DNA of 63,904 nucleotides, filler included, from Octopus bimaculoides (lineage: Eukaryota), in the NCBI RefSeq assembly GCF_001194135.2. It is 6 parts of 6 records of this genome, joined end to end, with 100 filler letters (N's around TTAATTAATTAA, not from the genome) between each part and the next. Parts side by side here need not be neighbours in the genome. Positions count along the whole stretch, not along the records: positions 18,095 to 48,142 come from NC_068987.1; 5 more parts are not named here. The stretch is one strand, 5' to 3'. Position 1 is the first letter of the stretch, and the number at the start of each line of letters is the position of its first letter. The position numbers and the translations under genes were made by a program. This document shows positions 24,370 through 38,605 of the stretch, in pieces. Under the pieces are notes generated by a model. It saw only the letters and a program-made list of their open reading frames with translations. It was not told the DNA's origin and did no database searches.

Positions 24370-25574
24370 AAAGAGAAAGAAAACGAGAAAGAGAGAAAGA
24401 GAGAAAAAGACCAAGAAAAGAGAAAGAAAAAGAGAAAGAAAGAGAGAAGGAAAGAAAGAAAGAGAGGAGAAAAGAAAGAGGGAGAATGTTACTGATGATG
24501 GCAACGATTTGGAGACTGAATAATGTACAAAACATTTCTTTGCAAAACCCTTCTTCAATGAAGTTTCAACTCGGACAAACTTGAGCAACTTGAATAATAT
24601 CAAATTCATTAAACAATGTAACGTAGTCCTTGATATATATAAAAAAAAGGGGGACAGTAATGAACAGAGAGCCTTTTCACCAAGAGTTTGACTGATTTGG
24701 GGTTAAACAATTATAACATCAACAACATGATGAAGCCAGTAGAAAGGTACAAAATTAAAACGAAACTAAATACAAATTTGTCAATGACCAGTCAAAAGTT
24801 TGTTTTCAGGGCATTAAAAAACTGTCACATTAATGGATGACATCCGACCCATTTAACGACATGACACGAAGATGCTTTTAGTGTAATCACCGACATTACT
24901 AATCAGCCGAATAAATCAAAATATGCTTGTTCTTAGCAAATAACCTACCCTCCAATCCATCCATCCATCCATCCATCCATCAATTCATTCATTCATTCAT
25001 TCATTCATTTACTCCGCCCTTATTCCTGAAAGAATTGTTGGAGGGCAGGGTCCGCAGGTACTTCCTGCATAGGGTCCCTCCGGATGCAGTCTCAAACTTT
25101 CGTGCTGAATACTCAACGTGATCCATTGAGACTGTGAATGTTAGACAATTTAAGGCAGCGATCTGGCAGAAACGTTAGAACGCTGGGCGAAATGCTAAGC
25201 GGCATTTCGTCTGTCTTTACGTTCTGAGTTCAAATTCCGCCGAGGTCGACTTTGTCTTTCATCCTTTCGAGGTCGATGAATTAAGTACCAGTTGCGTACC
25301 GGGGTCGATCTAATCGACCGGCCCCCTCCCCCAAAATTTCGGGCCTTGTGCCTTGAGTAGAAAAAAATGTTAGACAATGTAAGGCGGCGAGCTGGCAGAA
25401 ACGTTAGCACGCCGGGCGAAATGCTTAGCGGTATTTCGTCTGTCTTTACGTTGTGAGTTCAAATTCCGCTGAGGTCGCCTTTGTCTTTCTTCCTTTCGGG
25501 GTCGATAAATTAAATACCAGTTGCGTACTGGAGTCGATCTAAAAATTTCGGGCTTTATGCCTAGAGTAGAAAAG

Positions 25575-25860
25575 ACTATACTTGTTCTTGGTGTACACCT
25601 AGGCCTCCTGCCAGATGGTTACTAACAATTGGACCCGCATCCTTTGTGCATGCATCCCAGAACAAGTTGCAGGCTTGTTGCTGGTTATATCGACATTGGA
25701 CGAAAACTGCAATATATTTTTCGAACGAACTCCTGTCTAACATCCGATCACGTCCCTTCTTTACCCGCACGACGGTTGATGTGGTATGGCTTTTTTTATT
25801 TGAAGTGGATCAGCGATGTTATTAGCAAATTAAACACTTCGAATGGCAGAGAAGATTGTC
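25575..25860 (-). mobile_element. RTE-like LINE remnant
   Basis: Degenerate PSGRRPRCTPRT, resembling GRRPRGRPRTRW, with stops. Confidence 0.45.
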
Positions 25861-27918
25861 TTTCATTAAATTAGACCCCAGCGACAGCACCTTAAAAATT
25901 AGCGAAGTACACTATGTAAAGGCGCATAGTTTAGTGTTTAGAGTGTCAGGCTCACAATCATGAGGTAGTTAGTTCGATTCCCAGACCGCTGTATGCGTTG
26001 TGTTCTTCAGCAAGACACTTTATTACATGCTAATCCAGTCCATTCAGCTGTAGAAATGATTTGCGATGTCACTGGTGCCAAGGTGTATCGGGCTTTGTCT
26101 ATCGCTTGGATGGCATCAGCGGCATGGAGAAGGAGACTGGGTGACTGCTGGTCTTCCATAAACAATCTTGCCCAGACAGGTGCCTTGGAGGGGAGGAACT
26201 TTCTAGGTGCAATCCCTTGGTCATTCACAAAAGAAGGGGGTCTTTACCCTTTTTGTTCTATGGCTTATTTTTATTGCCTTATAAATGTCTATTTGTATGA
26301 GTGTTGTGTCGACGCCCCCAGGTGAAGAAGTCGGATCTCCCAAGACATATAAAAAGAGGTAGTCTGGCCGTGGTATGAGTGTTGAGTAGCAGTCGAGTAG
26401 CAGTTGTGTAGCGTTGAGACATAACAATGAGAAAACAAGAGAAACCTATATGACCTCCTAGAAATAGTAACTAAACCACTTTCCAATCACAGGCTACTGG
26501 CTTAGGTATGTGTGAGCCAAAGTGAGAGATTCTACGTATTTGCTAGACGTGCTTAAAATAGCAGCCAAATCAACTACAAATTACAATCTGTCTCCTCCTA
26601 TGTTTGTGAGTCAACAAGGATGCTTTTACAATATATCTTAATCGGATAGAAATAGCAGCCACTTCTTCATGCATCTGCTGATTTGTGTATGTCACATGTG
26701 TGCATGGAGGCAACATGAGAAACCTGTCTTCTGTTGATAAATCTGACTGAGAAAGCAACCACTTTTCAGCCTTATGTAAGTCTCATTTGAACAGCAATCT
26801 TTCTCAGTGCGTGCACGCGCGAGCGTTAGCCAGTGAGTTAGATAATTATGTGGCTGCTAGACTTGTTTGAAATAGCAACCAAATCTCTCTAAAAATCACA
26901 CCCTCGGTCTTATGCGAATTCTCCTTTAAATAATTATTTCAAATTTTTGTCACAAAGGCAGCTTGGGGGAAGTGGGGATGAGTCGATTACATCGACTCTA
27001 GTGTTTCCCTGGTACTATTCACTGGTATTATTGGCGTAATGGCTCTCCCAAGACACAACAATATTTGTTTTAACACGCGTATTCACATCAAGAAGCTTGC
27101 AAAACAAATTCTAAAACTAAGTTTCTATATCTAGCAATACACTTGGCAACAATTACGTAATTTAGGAATAATAGACGATGAAAATGTCAGAAGTATTTCT
27201 TTATTTCGATGGATTGTGTCGCATTTTGACATTTCGTTTCAAACTATTTTTATACTCTTAAATGAGATGATATGTAACCTGACACTTTATATGTACTTCT
27301 TTCCTTATGTTCTCTTTGGTGATGGTGGGTGGATATTAAGGCGGCGAGATTGCAGAAACGTTAGCTTAGCGGTCTTTCGTCTGCCGTTACGTTCTGAGTT
27401 CAAATTCCGCCGAGGTCGACTTTGCCTTTCATCCTTTCGGGGTCGATTAAATAAGTACCAGTTACGCACTGGGGTCGACTTGTCTGCCATTTCTGTAGGG
27501 AGAGCGACCGTATATTGGACCCCTCGCTGGCCCTAGTGTAGGTGGCTTGTGGCTGTGGGTGTGTTAAGCTGATGGAGCCAGCTGGATTGATATATTTATT
27601 TACGTTTATTGTTCAGAAACAAAGACTCGTAACCAAATTCGCCCTATTTCCCCGCCGCCGCCATTTTTCTTTGTTACAAAATAAATTCTGTTCATGTAAT
27701 TTTGCGAAACATTACTGCATTTCACGGTCAGTATGGTTGCTATTTCAATGACGTACAATGGGGCCTCCCACACACGTATGTTTACTAACAATTCATAACT
27801 TTAATCACATGTGAATTTTAACATTCCACTAACACACCCACTCACCGAGTTTTCTGCAAGAGAAAAGTAAATAAATGATACCTCTATCATCATCATCATC
27901 ATCATCATCATCACCACC

Positions 27919-27982
<64 letters not shown>

Positions 27983-28226
27983 AGGCGGGGAGGTGGCAGA
28001 ATTGTTAGCATGCCGGGCAAAAATGCTTAGCGGCATTTCGTCTGTCTTTACATCCTGAGTTCAAATTCCGCCGAGGTCGACTTTGCATTTCATCGTTTTG
28101 GGGTCAATGAATTAAACAATAGCCGAGCACTGTAGTCGATGCAATCGACTTATCCTCTCCCCCAAATTTTAGGCCTTCTGCCTCGAGTAGAAAGGATTAT
28201 TATTATTATTATTGTTGTTGTTGTTA

Positions 28227-28550
28227 TTCTGAAAGCCTCTCGTATAGTTCTTCATTATCGGTTATTCTTGACTTGAAAGCAGGCAATAACAAATCGCCAA
28301 AGGTTTCAAGTAGTGCCTTCTCCTGTGACTCAAAGAGACAATACTCTCCTTAGAATGCGAGCAGTACCCAACGATGTTGTCTTCTGGATCACTTCGAGCC
28401 TGACAGCAGCTCCAATATTCTTAATATGTTTTTCAAAGCTCTTGGAAACTACTCCCAATGCTCCAATTACCACCAGTATCATCATTACTTTCCTCATGCC
28501 CCATAACTTTCCTATCTCGTCCCGCAGGGGCTGGTATTTCTCAATCTCTT
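28227..28550 (-). mobile_element. 3' fragment of a restriction-like-endonuclease (R2/R4-type) non-LTR retrotransposon
   Basis: EIEKYQPLRDEIGKLWGMRKVMMILVVIGALGVVSKSFEKHIKNIG...IQKTTSLGTARILRRVL; trinucleotide tracts on both sides. Confidence 0.88.
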
Positions 28551-28587
<37 letters not shown>

Positions 28588-28615
28588 CCTTCATTATTAT
28601 TATTATTATTATTAT

Positions 28616-28656
<41 letters not shown>

Positions 28657-28906
28657 AGGCGGTGAACTGGCAGAATCGTTAACACGCTGGGAAAAAAAAT
28701 GTCTCGTGGCATTTCGTCCGTCCTTGCGTTCTGCGTTCAAAATCCGCCGAGGTTGACTTTGCCTTTCATCTTTTCAGGGTCGATAAAATAAGTACCAGTT
28801 GATCATTGTGGTCGATGTCATCGACTTATCCCCTCCCCCCGAAATTGCTGGTCTTGTATCAAAATTTGAAATTATTATTATTATCATTATTATTCAAACG
28901 GCAGTG

Positions 28907-29227
28907 AAGGCACGTGGCTTAGTGGTTAGGGCATTCGGCACACGATCGTAAGTTCGTGAGTTCGATTCCCGGCGACACGTTGTGTCCTTGAGCAAGACAC
29001 TTTATTTCACTTTCCTCCAATCCACTCAGCTGGTAAAAATGAGTAGTACCTGTATTTCAAAGGACCGGCCTTGTCGCGCTACGTGTCACGCTGAATCTCC
29101 ATGAGAACTACGTCAGGGGTACACGTGTCTGTGGAGTACTCAGCCACTTGCACGTTAATTTCATGAGCAGGCTGTTCCGTTGATCGTATCAGCTGGGACC
29201 CCCGTCGTCGTAACCGACGGAGTGCTC
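28907..29227 (+). mobile_element. tRNA-derived SINE, family 3
   Basis: AAGGCACGTGGCTTAGTGGTTAGG (A box), GAGTTCGATTCCC (B box), TGTGTCCTTGAGCAAGACACTT central domain. Other copies at about 15059-15360, 53171-53548, 25918-26060 and 33975-34100(-). Confidence 0.88.
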
Positions 29228-29341
29228 CTTTTATTCCAACGGTGCAATATTGTTTTATGAGCAGTACTGAAGTATATTTTGAGGTCACCACACAATATGT
29301 TCACGCATGCACGCTCACACATATATGAGTGTATCTATGTA

Positions 29342-29395
<54 letters not shown>

Positions 29396-30971
29396 AGTGC
29401 GTTTACGTGTGTGCATAAACCTTCCTGGATCTCTCCATTCGACAGACCAGAAACCTGAAGGAGTCAGGCCTGCGAAACTTGAAGTGGCATAGAACCGAAT
29501 CAAATAATACATATAACTCGTATTAAATATGTTGAGTGCCTTTTTCTTTCGTTTATTCACAAACACACACACATATAGTAATATCAACGCCAAGCATTAT
29601 TTAAGCATAAGCTAACTTTATGCTTGTTAAGATATGTTTCTGACATATTTCTAAAGGCAAATATGTTTATAAAAGCAGAAAAAATTCTATTGTTTTTCTT
29701 ATCTACTTCGATAAAGCTTTGTATCTCTGTTAGAAATCTTCTTTCCAGGAAGATGTCAAATAATTAAAAATAGAAGAGAAAAACATACATATATACATGC
29801 ATGCACACATACATGCTTCCTTGCATGTATGCATACATTTAAATGGTCGATTTTAGCTTCGCTCCTTTCAGGTTTTACAAAATAAATACCTGTGTTACAC
29901 TGATCGCTACTCGCACAATTGTAATACACCCTTCGCCGAAATTGGCCTTGTACCAATTTACAATCTGCGTACTTCTATAATAAACCAAATCTATATATCT
30001 CTGAGATATACAGATTATTACATCCGGCCAATCTAATTTCTGAGATAATAAGAGATATCGCAATTTACCGGTACCATTTAGACTCAGCCACAGACATTTA
30101 CTCTTTCCCTCTGTTTCCCTCTTTCCCTCTGTTTCCCTCTGTTTCCCTCTTTCCCTCTGTTTCTCTTAGTCAGTCAATCTCTGTCTGTCTGTCGTTGTCT
30201 CTGTCTCTCTCTCTCTCTAGCAACAGATACAGACACGCGTGCGCGTATACATTGTTCTATTTTCGCATCTATAATAATAATAATAATAATAATTAATTCG
30301 TTTTATTGGCCACAAGGGCTAATATCAATTAAAAACATATAAGGACAAAGACAGGACGAAGGTTACAAAAGGTTTTGTCCGAAAAGGTAGGAAAGTTCGT
30401 CTAAACAGAGGAAGAAAACGGAGAAAGATTTGATAAATAAATAGATAAATAAATAAGTAGAACTCCCAAAGGGGGAGGCGCTTCGAAAAAGGAAAGGTTA
30501 CACGTGGAAAAACCCATAAAACAACGGGAGCCTGGTCAGAAAAAATAAGAAAGGGGTATAGAGCCCTTTCTCCTTTTACATTACCTTTTTTTNNNNNNNN
30601 NNNNNNNNNNNNNNNNNNNNNNNNNNNNNNNNNNNNNNNNNNNNNNNNNNNNNNNNNNNNNNNNNNNNNNNNNNNNNNNNNNNNNNNNNNNNNNNNNNNN
30701 NNNNNNNNNNNNNNNNNNNNNNNNNNNNNNNNNNNNNNNNNNNNNNNNNNNNNNNNNNNNNNNNNNNNNNNNNNNNNNNNNNNNNNNNNNNNNNNNNNNN
30801 NNNNNNNNNNNNNNNNNNNNNNNNNNNNNNNNNNNNNNNNNNNTTATCGACCCCGAAAGGACGAAAGGCAAAGTCGACCTCGACGGAATTTGAACTCAGA
30901 ACGTAACGGCAGACGAAATACCACTAAGCATTTCACCCGGTGTGCTAATGATTCTGCCAGCTTGCCGGCTA

Positions 30972-31095
<124 letters not shown>

Positions 31096-34000
31096 TATAA
31101 TAATAATAATAACAGTTTAAAATTTTGCCACAAGGGCAGCAATTTTTGGGGAAGGGGTTAAGTCGATTATGTCGGCCCCAGTGTTCAGCCGGTACTTCTA
31201 TTATAGACCTTGAAAAAAAAAAAAAAAAAGAAACATCAAAGGCAAAGTCGCCCTCAGTGCAATTTGAACTCAGAACGCAAGGACCCAGAAGAAATAGAGT
31301 CAATGCAGCGAACTACCATGATCGTTAGCACGCTGAACAAAATACTTTGCAGCATTTCGTTCGTCTTTACGTTCTGAGTTCAAATTCCACCGTGGTCGAC
31401 GCTGGTCGTCGTAACCAACGGAGTGCCACGACAAAGGTTTAAATTCATGCTGGAATTTATCGTACCGTATCGGCAGCAAATTTCTAAATGCTCTCTAAAT
31501 TAATGAATAAAAATATATATATTGGTTTACATTAATAATACTGATTTTGCGCATTAAAACACACGCCTTACAAAATAACAGCCATAAGTAAGACCGCGTA
31601 GATTTTATAAATATTTACGTTTGCTTTCTTACTTGTATCCATCACACACGAAAGGCTTGCCCAGTAAATTTACACTTGATAAGTATTGCATATTAGCACA
31701 AGTATACAGTAACAATATACACATGGCCGATACCTGCTCAGCTTTCGGCGTGTCTATCATCACCTTCTCGGTGTGTTTCACATCACAACTCAATAACAAC
31801 GTTATTTTCATAGTCGAGGTTAAAATCGCACATCACAGATGCAGTATATCAGCGCTATATTTTCATTTCTAATTTATTTAATGTACCTTGAGGTTTTTAA
31901 ACACCAAAACTGATAAAAAAGACGAAGAAACAAGCATTATTTTCCACGTAAAAATAAAAAATCTCTGCTGAAAATATTATCTTTTTGTTCAAGCTTCTGG
32001 TCGGGAATTCCATTTTCTTATATTTCTTTTTTTCTTGTTTAAGCTATTGGAATATGGTCGTGTTGGCCTGAAAGTCTGGTGTTTATTTTCTCTCGATCTT
32101 TTTCACTGGGCCTCTAAGTTACGGGAAATAAACAAACCAATACCGAGTGTCAAAATACACACATACACAGATATAAATTTTCTCTGGTTCGGCCTACAAA
32201 AATTTCACTCGCAAGATATGGGTCAGCCCAGCGTTATGATAAAAGACACCTGCCCCTGGTGCCCAACTGTGGGACTGAACCAAAAACCACGTGGTTGCAA
32301 ACTGAGCTTCTTAAACACATAGCCATACCTGTGCCCTTGTTGCATTTATATTTATTTAAGAAATTTTATTTATTTAAGAAATTCAACTAAGGCGGTGAGA
32401 TGACAGAAACGTTAGCACACCGGGCGAAATGCTTAGCGCTATTTCGTCTGTCTTTACGTTCTGAGTTCAAATTCCGCCGAAGTCGACTTTGCCTTTCATC
32501 CTTTCGGGGTCGATAAATTAAGTACCAGTTACGCACTGGGGTCGATCTAATCGACTTAATCCCTTTGTCTGTCCTTGTTTGTCCCCTCTATGTTTAGCCC
32601 CTTGTAGGAAATAAAGAAATAAGAAACGTTAGCACACCGGGCGAAATGCTGAGCGCTATTTCGTCTAACGTTACGTTCTGAATTCAAATTCCGCCGAGAT
32701 CGACCTTAACTTTCATCTTCTCGGTGTCGATAAAAATAAGTACCAGTTGACCCCTGGGGTCGATGTAATCGACTTACCTCTACTCTGAAAATTGCAGGCC
32801 TTGTGCCAAAATTTGAAACCAATAATAAATTCAGGTCATAAAATATAAATCAGGAACAACGAAATATAAACAAAAATGATTCATGCATTTGAAAAGTGAA
32901 GTAGAAATTTAATTCAGTTTTGAATTAGAGTTCCATGGTGTATCTTAATCATAAAAGTTCATTAAAGTTCTTGTAACCTTGCAGATACTAGATACTAGCG
33001 AGAATAAGTTTTCTGTCACTGGAAACATATTTATATTGTAAAAATAAACACTTCAATAAATCCTCAGATAACCGTTCATTGAGAGCACATGGACTCGTTC
33101 AATCACGTTAAACGTGGTCTAGTTCACGTTGACGAGGTGGAAAAGGTAAACGTTTATTTTTGTTGGGTTACAAATTCTTTAACTAGAATAGTTGGTTCTT
33201 AATAAAAGTCCTACAGAATCACACTACTCTGTTGTCCATAGATAAAGGCAGCATATCATCCATTGAGGTACCATTCAAAAATTTCACATTCCTTGGTTGG
33301 TTTGACAATTGCAATAGCTTTTATTTCCTAGCTTGAATTAGTGATCCATACGCATGTCAAAAACCATGATGGAGTTCTTGTATGTTTTGCTTTTCTTCAT
33401 CACGCATTCATTTATTTCATTTGATTTTCATCGAGACCTTAAATGTCTTACTAATACTACTAACATATAATTGCTGCAAAAGCGCTTGTCGATCCGCGAG
33501 AATTACAGCTATGTTAGTGTTTTCTGAACGATAGCCTTCAACGAGAGAAACAAACGGAAAACAGGACAAGTAACATAAAGAACGACCCTTCGTCGGCTGT
33601 CGGCTGTCTATCTACTACTCATTTCGAGCATTGAACGACAATATGAGTCTCGAAGACAGTTGCTCCCATACGCGCCGAAATAAAATTTGAGATTTATGAG
33701 GGTCAAATTTGGGAACAAAACAGCGAACGAAAAAAACATGGAGGATCGTTAGACCAGAATGAGGGTAAAAATAGCGAACGCTGGAGAAATATTTTCTTTG
33801 ACAAGAGAAAAGATATAAGAGAATGATAGGATACGTGCTGTCTTTGCGACAGTCGGGAAAGTAAAGAAAGATGATCACGTGGAGAAGAGAAAGATGGACG
33901 ATGGTCACGTGTGAGCAACGAGAGAGAGAAACGGAGAAAGAGAGGAAGAAAACAGTATAGAGTCAAGTAACTAACTGGTACTCTGCTGGTTACGATGGAG

Positions 34001-37000
34001 AGGGTTCTAGTTGATCCGATCGACAGAACAGACTGCTCGTGAAATTAACGTGCAAGTGGCTGAGTACTCCACAGACACGGGTAGCCTTAACGTAGTTCTT
34101 AGATATATATGCATGCATGTAAATGTGTGTCTCCTTATTTTTGCCTTTCTCCTCCACCATAATTTGTCTAGTGGTGTTAGCTTTTACATAATCCTGCAGG
34201 TTAGCAGTTCAGCAAGTGAGACCAATATAATGAATACCACACTTAACAACTGTGTGTTCAGCTAAACCAAACAAGGTGTTGCCCCAGCATGACCGCAGTC
34301 CAATAACTGAAACAAGAAAACCAAATTTAAGATTAAAGATACATGCGTATATGATTAAATAAAGGGATGAGAAAATAAGAACGTGCGAATGTGCGAATGT
34401 ATTTTAAGAGAGAGAAAAAGAGGGAAAAAGAAAAGTGTGAAGGAAGTAATCCGAGACAAAAGGACAATATACGATGTGTGGGTGGGCGGGTGGTTGATTT
34501 TCTGACTGGGTTATTATTATTATTTGATAAAAAGGGGACAAAACGTGTCCAACACAAATATTAGGGGCATATATATATATATATATATATATANNNNNNN
34601 NNNNNNNNNNNNNNNNNNNNNNNNNNNNNNNNNNNNNNNNNNNNNNNNNNNNNNNNNNNNNNNNNNNNNNNNNNNNNNNNNNNNNNNNNNNNNNNNNNNN
34701 NNNNNNNNNNNNNNNNNNNNNNNNNNNNNNNNNNNNNNNNNNNNNNNNNNNNNNNNNNNNNNNNNNNNNNNNNNNNNNNNNNNNNNNNNNNNNNNNNNNN
34801 NNNNNNNNNNNNNNNNNNNNNNNNNNNNNNNNNNNNNNNNNNNNNNNNNNNNNNNNNNNNNNNNNNNNNNNNNNNNNNNNNNNNNNNNNNNNNNNNNNNN
34901 NNNNNNNNNNNNNNNNNNNNNNNNNNNNNNNNNNNNNNNNNNNNNNNNNATATATATATATATATATATATATACAACTATCTATCTATCTATCTCTAAA
35001 CACATACCTGGGTGAAAATGAGTATTATGAATCGGAAGTTTAAAATACTATCTGAAGCGAGTGAGAATAGAGTGTCTGAGGAAGATAATGGAAATAGGGG
35101 CAGTGCGTGCGCGTGTGTGTGAGTATTTATGTAAGTGTGTGTGCGTAAGAAATATTAGACTGTATGAATGAGTAAAGGAAGAGTAGGACAGTAGGAGGTG
35201 GTTAATATTTTTGGTATGTGATGGTGGTGGTGGTCATGGTGAGGGTCTCAGAAAATGAGGAAATTAGTGTGGGTTATTTAGGGGTTCTGGTAATGTGAGG
35301 GCGGGACCTTTGTGGTGGTGGTGGTGGTGGTGAATAGACTAATGAAAGAATTAGAATAAGGTTGTTATCGTTGTTGTTAAGTCTGAGAATCTGAAGTCAT
35401 CCCTGGTCGAGTAACCCTTCGAAGTCATTTGGTTGTTATTTCCAGCAAGTCGGGTGACGACGTGAAGTAGAAGGAGAGGTATTTAGCATAAAACAGAGGG
35501 ACCTGATATGAAATAGATGTACCTTGCTGCCGATGTTGTTAATAATGGAGCTTTTAGCCACAGATCAACCAGAATTAAACAGACCCATGCAAACAAATAT
35601 TCCTAACATGACCATCCTGTTTTCTCCTACGTGGAAGAAACCTAGGGCTACGTTACCCAACGTTTCAAGACGGTTCAGTGTGTTTTGAGAGAGACTTGGC
35701 TGCTATTTCTAGCATGTCGAGCAACCACGTAGAAGCTTCTAGTTTGCTCATAATAGATCTTAAAGTTCGTGGTGGTACAGGTTTCTTTTATTTCTTTTGT
35801 CTTTCACTTGTTTTCTGTAATTGAACTACGGCCATGCTGGAGCACCAGGTTGAAGGGTTTTAGTCGAACAAATCGACCCCAGGACTTTGTAAGCCTAGTG
35901 CTTATTCAATCAGTTTCTAAATTACGGGGACGTAAACATTTCAACATTGGTTGTCAAGCGATGGTGGTAGTGGGGGGACAAACACAGACACACAAATACA
36001 CATACGACGGGCTTCTTTCAGTTTCCGTCTACCAAATCCACTCAAGGCTTTGGTTGGCCTGAAGACACTTACCCAAGGTGTCACGCAGTTGAACTGAACC
36101 CAGAACCATGTGGTTAGGAAGCAAGCTTCTTACCACACAGCCACTCCTGCGCAATATATATATATACGCCACGCACACGTACGCACATTATGTATTCTTT
36201 TACTTTTTTACTTGTTTCAGTCATTTGACTGCGACCATGCTGGAGCACTGTCTTTAGTCGAANNNNNNNNNNNNNNNNNNNNNNNNNNNNNNNNNNNNNN
36301 NNNNNNNNNNNNNNNNNNNNNNNNNNNNNNNNNNNNNNNNNNNNNNNNNNNNNNNNNNNNNNNNNNNNNNNNNNNNNNNNNNNNNNNNNNNNNNNNNNNN
36401 NNNNNNNNNNNNNNNNNNNNNNNNNNNNNNNNNNNNNNNNNNNNNNNNNNNNNNNNNNNNNNNNNNNNNNNNNNNNNNNNNNNNNNNNNNNNNNNNNNNN
36501 NNNNNNNNNNNNNNNNNNNNNNNNNNNNNNNNNNNNNNNNNNNNNNNNNNNNNNNNNNNNNNNNNNNNNNNNNNNNNNNNNNNNNNNNNNNNNNNNNNNN
36601 NNNNNNNNNNNNNNNNNNNNNNNNNNNNNNNNNNNNNNNNNNNNNNNNNNNNNNNNNNNNNNNNNNNNNNNNNNNNNNNNNNNNNNNNNNNNNNNNNNNN
36701 NNNNNNNNNNNNNNNNNNNNNNNNNNNNNNNNNNNNNNNNNNNNNNNNNNNNNNNNNNNNNNNNNNNNNNNNNNNNNNNNNNNNNNNNNNNNNNNNNNNN
36801 NNNNNNNNNNNNNNNNNNNNNNNNNNNNNNNNNNNNNNNNNNNNNNNNNNNNNNNNNNNNNNNNNNNNNNNNNNNNNNNNNNNNNNNNNNNNNNNNNNNN
36901 NNNNNNNNNNNNNNNNNNNNNNNNNNNNNNNNNNNNNNNNNNNNNNNNNNNNNNNNNNNNNNNNNNNNNNNNNNNNNNNNNNNNNNNNNNNNNNNNNNNN

Positions 37001-37302
37001 NNNNNNNNNNNNNNNNNNNNNNNNNNNNNNNNNNNNNNNNNNNNNNNNNNNNNNNNNNNNNNNNNNNNNNNNNNNNNNNNNNNNNNNNNNNNNNNNNNNN
37101 NNNNNNNNNNNNNNNNNNNNNNNNNNNNNNNNNNNNNNNNNNNNNNNNNNNNNNNNNNNNNNNNNNNNNNNNNNNNNNNNNNNNNNNNNNNNNNNNNNNN
37201 NNNNNNNNNNNNNNNNNNNNNNNNNNNNNNNNNNNNNNNNNNNNNNCGTTGACTGAACACTATTCAATTTTTTTCTCCGTGTTTTTCTCCTTGTCTCCGT
37301 AT

Positions 37303-37339
37303 TCTTTCTGTTGAAGAGCGTAGCTCGAAACGTCAAAGA
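37303..37339 (+). ncRNA. Hammerhead-like motif D with variant core (CUGUUGAA)
   Basis: TCTTT CTGTTGAA GAGC-gta-GCTC GAAAC GTC AAAGA: perfect stems I and II, ACGU palindrome, GUC site, core position 6 is U. Confidence 0.6.
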
Positions 37340-37866
37340 CTTTCCGTATTCCCGAGCGTCATACTAATATATACTTTTGTTATTTACACCACCTGTCCTC
37401 GTCTGTTGTTATTATTTGTATATTCTCCCATATATATATATACGCCACGCACACGTACGCACATTATGTATTCTTTTACTTTTTTACTTGTTTCAGTCAT
37501 TTGACTGCGACCATGCTGGAGCACTGTCTTTAGTCGAAAATTTCGACCCCAGGACTTATTCTTCGTAAGCCTAGGACTTATTCCATCGAGCTCTTTTGCC
37601 GAACTGCTAAGTTACGGGGGACGTAAACATATCAACATTGGTTGTCAAGCGATGCTGGGGGACAAATAGACACGTACAAATACACACACACACACGCACA
37701 CACACACGACGGTCTTCTTTCAGTTTCCATCTACGAAATCCATTCACAAGGCATGGGTCAGCCAGAGGCTATAGAAGAAGATTCGTGTGCAAGGTGCCAT
37801 GCAGTGGAACAGAACCCGGACCCATATGGTTGGGAAGCAAGCTTCTTACCACACAGCCACGCTGCG

Positions 37867-37936
<70 letters not shown>

Positions 37937-38605
37937 TATGTATGTGTGTGAGTCATTGTGTCTGTCTCCACCACCACCACCACCGCCACCACCACAACCA
38001 CTGCTTGACAATTTAGAAGTTCGGCAAAAAATAGCGATAGAATAAGTACGAGGCTTACAAAGAATAAGTCCTGGTGTTTTGATTTCTTCAACAAAAAAAA
38101 GTAAAAAATATGGTCGCTGTCTAATGATTGAAACAAGTAAGCGATAAGAGATAAACGATAAACAAATAACAACAACCGGATTGTGGTTCTCTACATCTGT
38201 TCCACACGTGTACTCTTTTAATTTTTCGTTGATGAATAGAATTATTACATCATGCGAAAAAGGCGTTTTCATCAGGTGAATATATCTAAGAATGAAGCAT
38301 TTTAAAACATCGCGAAACGAAAGCAAAATTGCCATTTTTTTACTCTACTGACCAAAATTCGATCTTTCGATCTATGTATATTGATTTCTTTTATATCTTC
38401 TGCTTGTTTTAGTCATTAGACTTCGGCCATGCTTGAAGAAAGTTACTCGAATGAATCGACTCCAGTTCTTATTTCTTAAAATTCTAGTGCTTCTATCTTT
38501 TCAGCTACCCCTCATATATGCATATACAGAGAAAGATATACATTCATATATACATATATACATACATTTCTGCATATATAAATATATGTATATCGTATAT
38601 ATAAA

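Noticed and set aside
29875-30063. Minus-strand ORF ending near a CAG|GTATTT donor
   Set aside because: No acceptor or homology recognised, and it abuts a simple repeat.
34200-34265. cag|VSSSASETNIMNTTLNNCVFS-stop, resembling the RECK C-terminal QVSSS
   Set aside because: No hydrophobic GPI signal follows, it runs into a repeat tail, and no intervening RECK exons were found.
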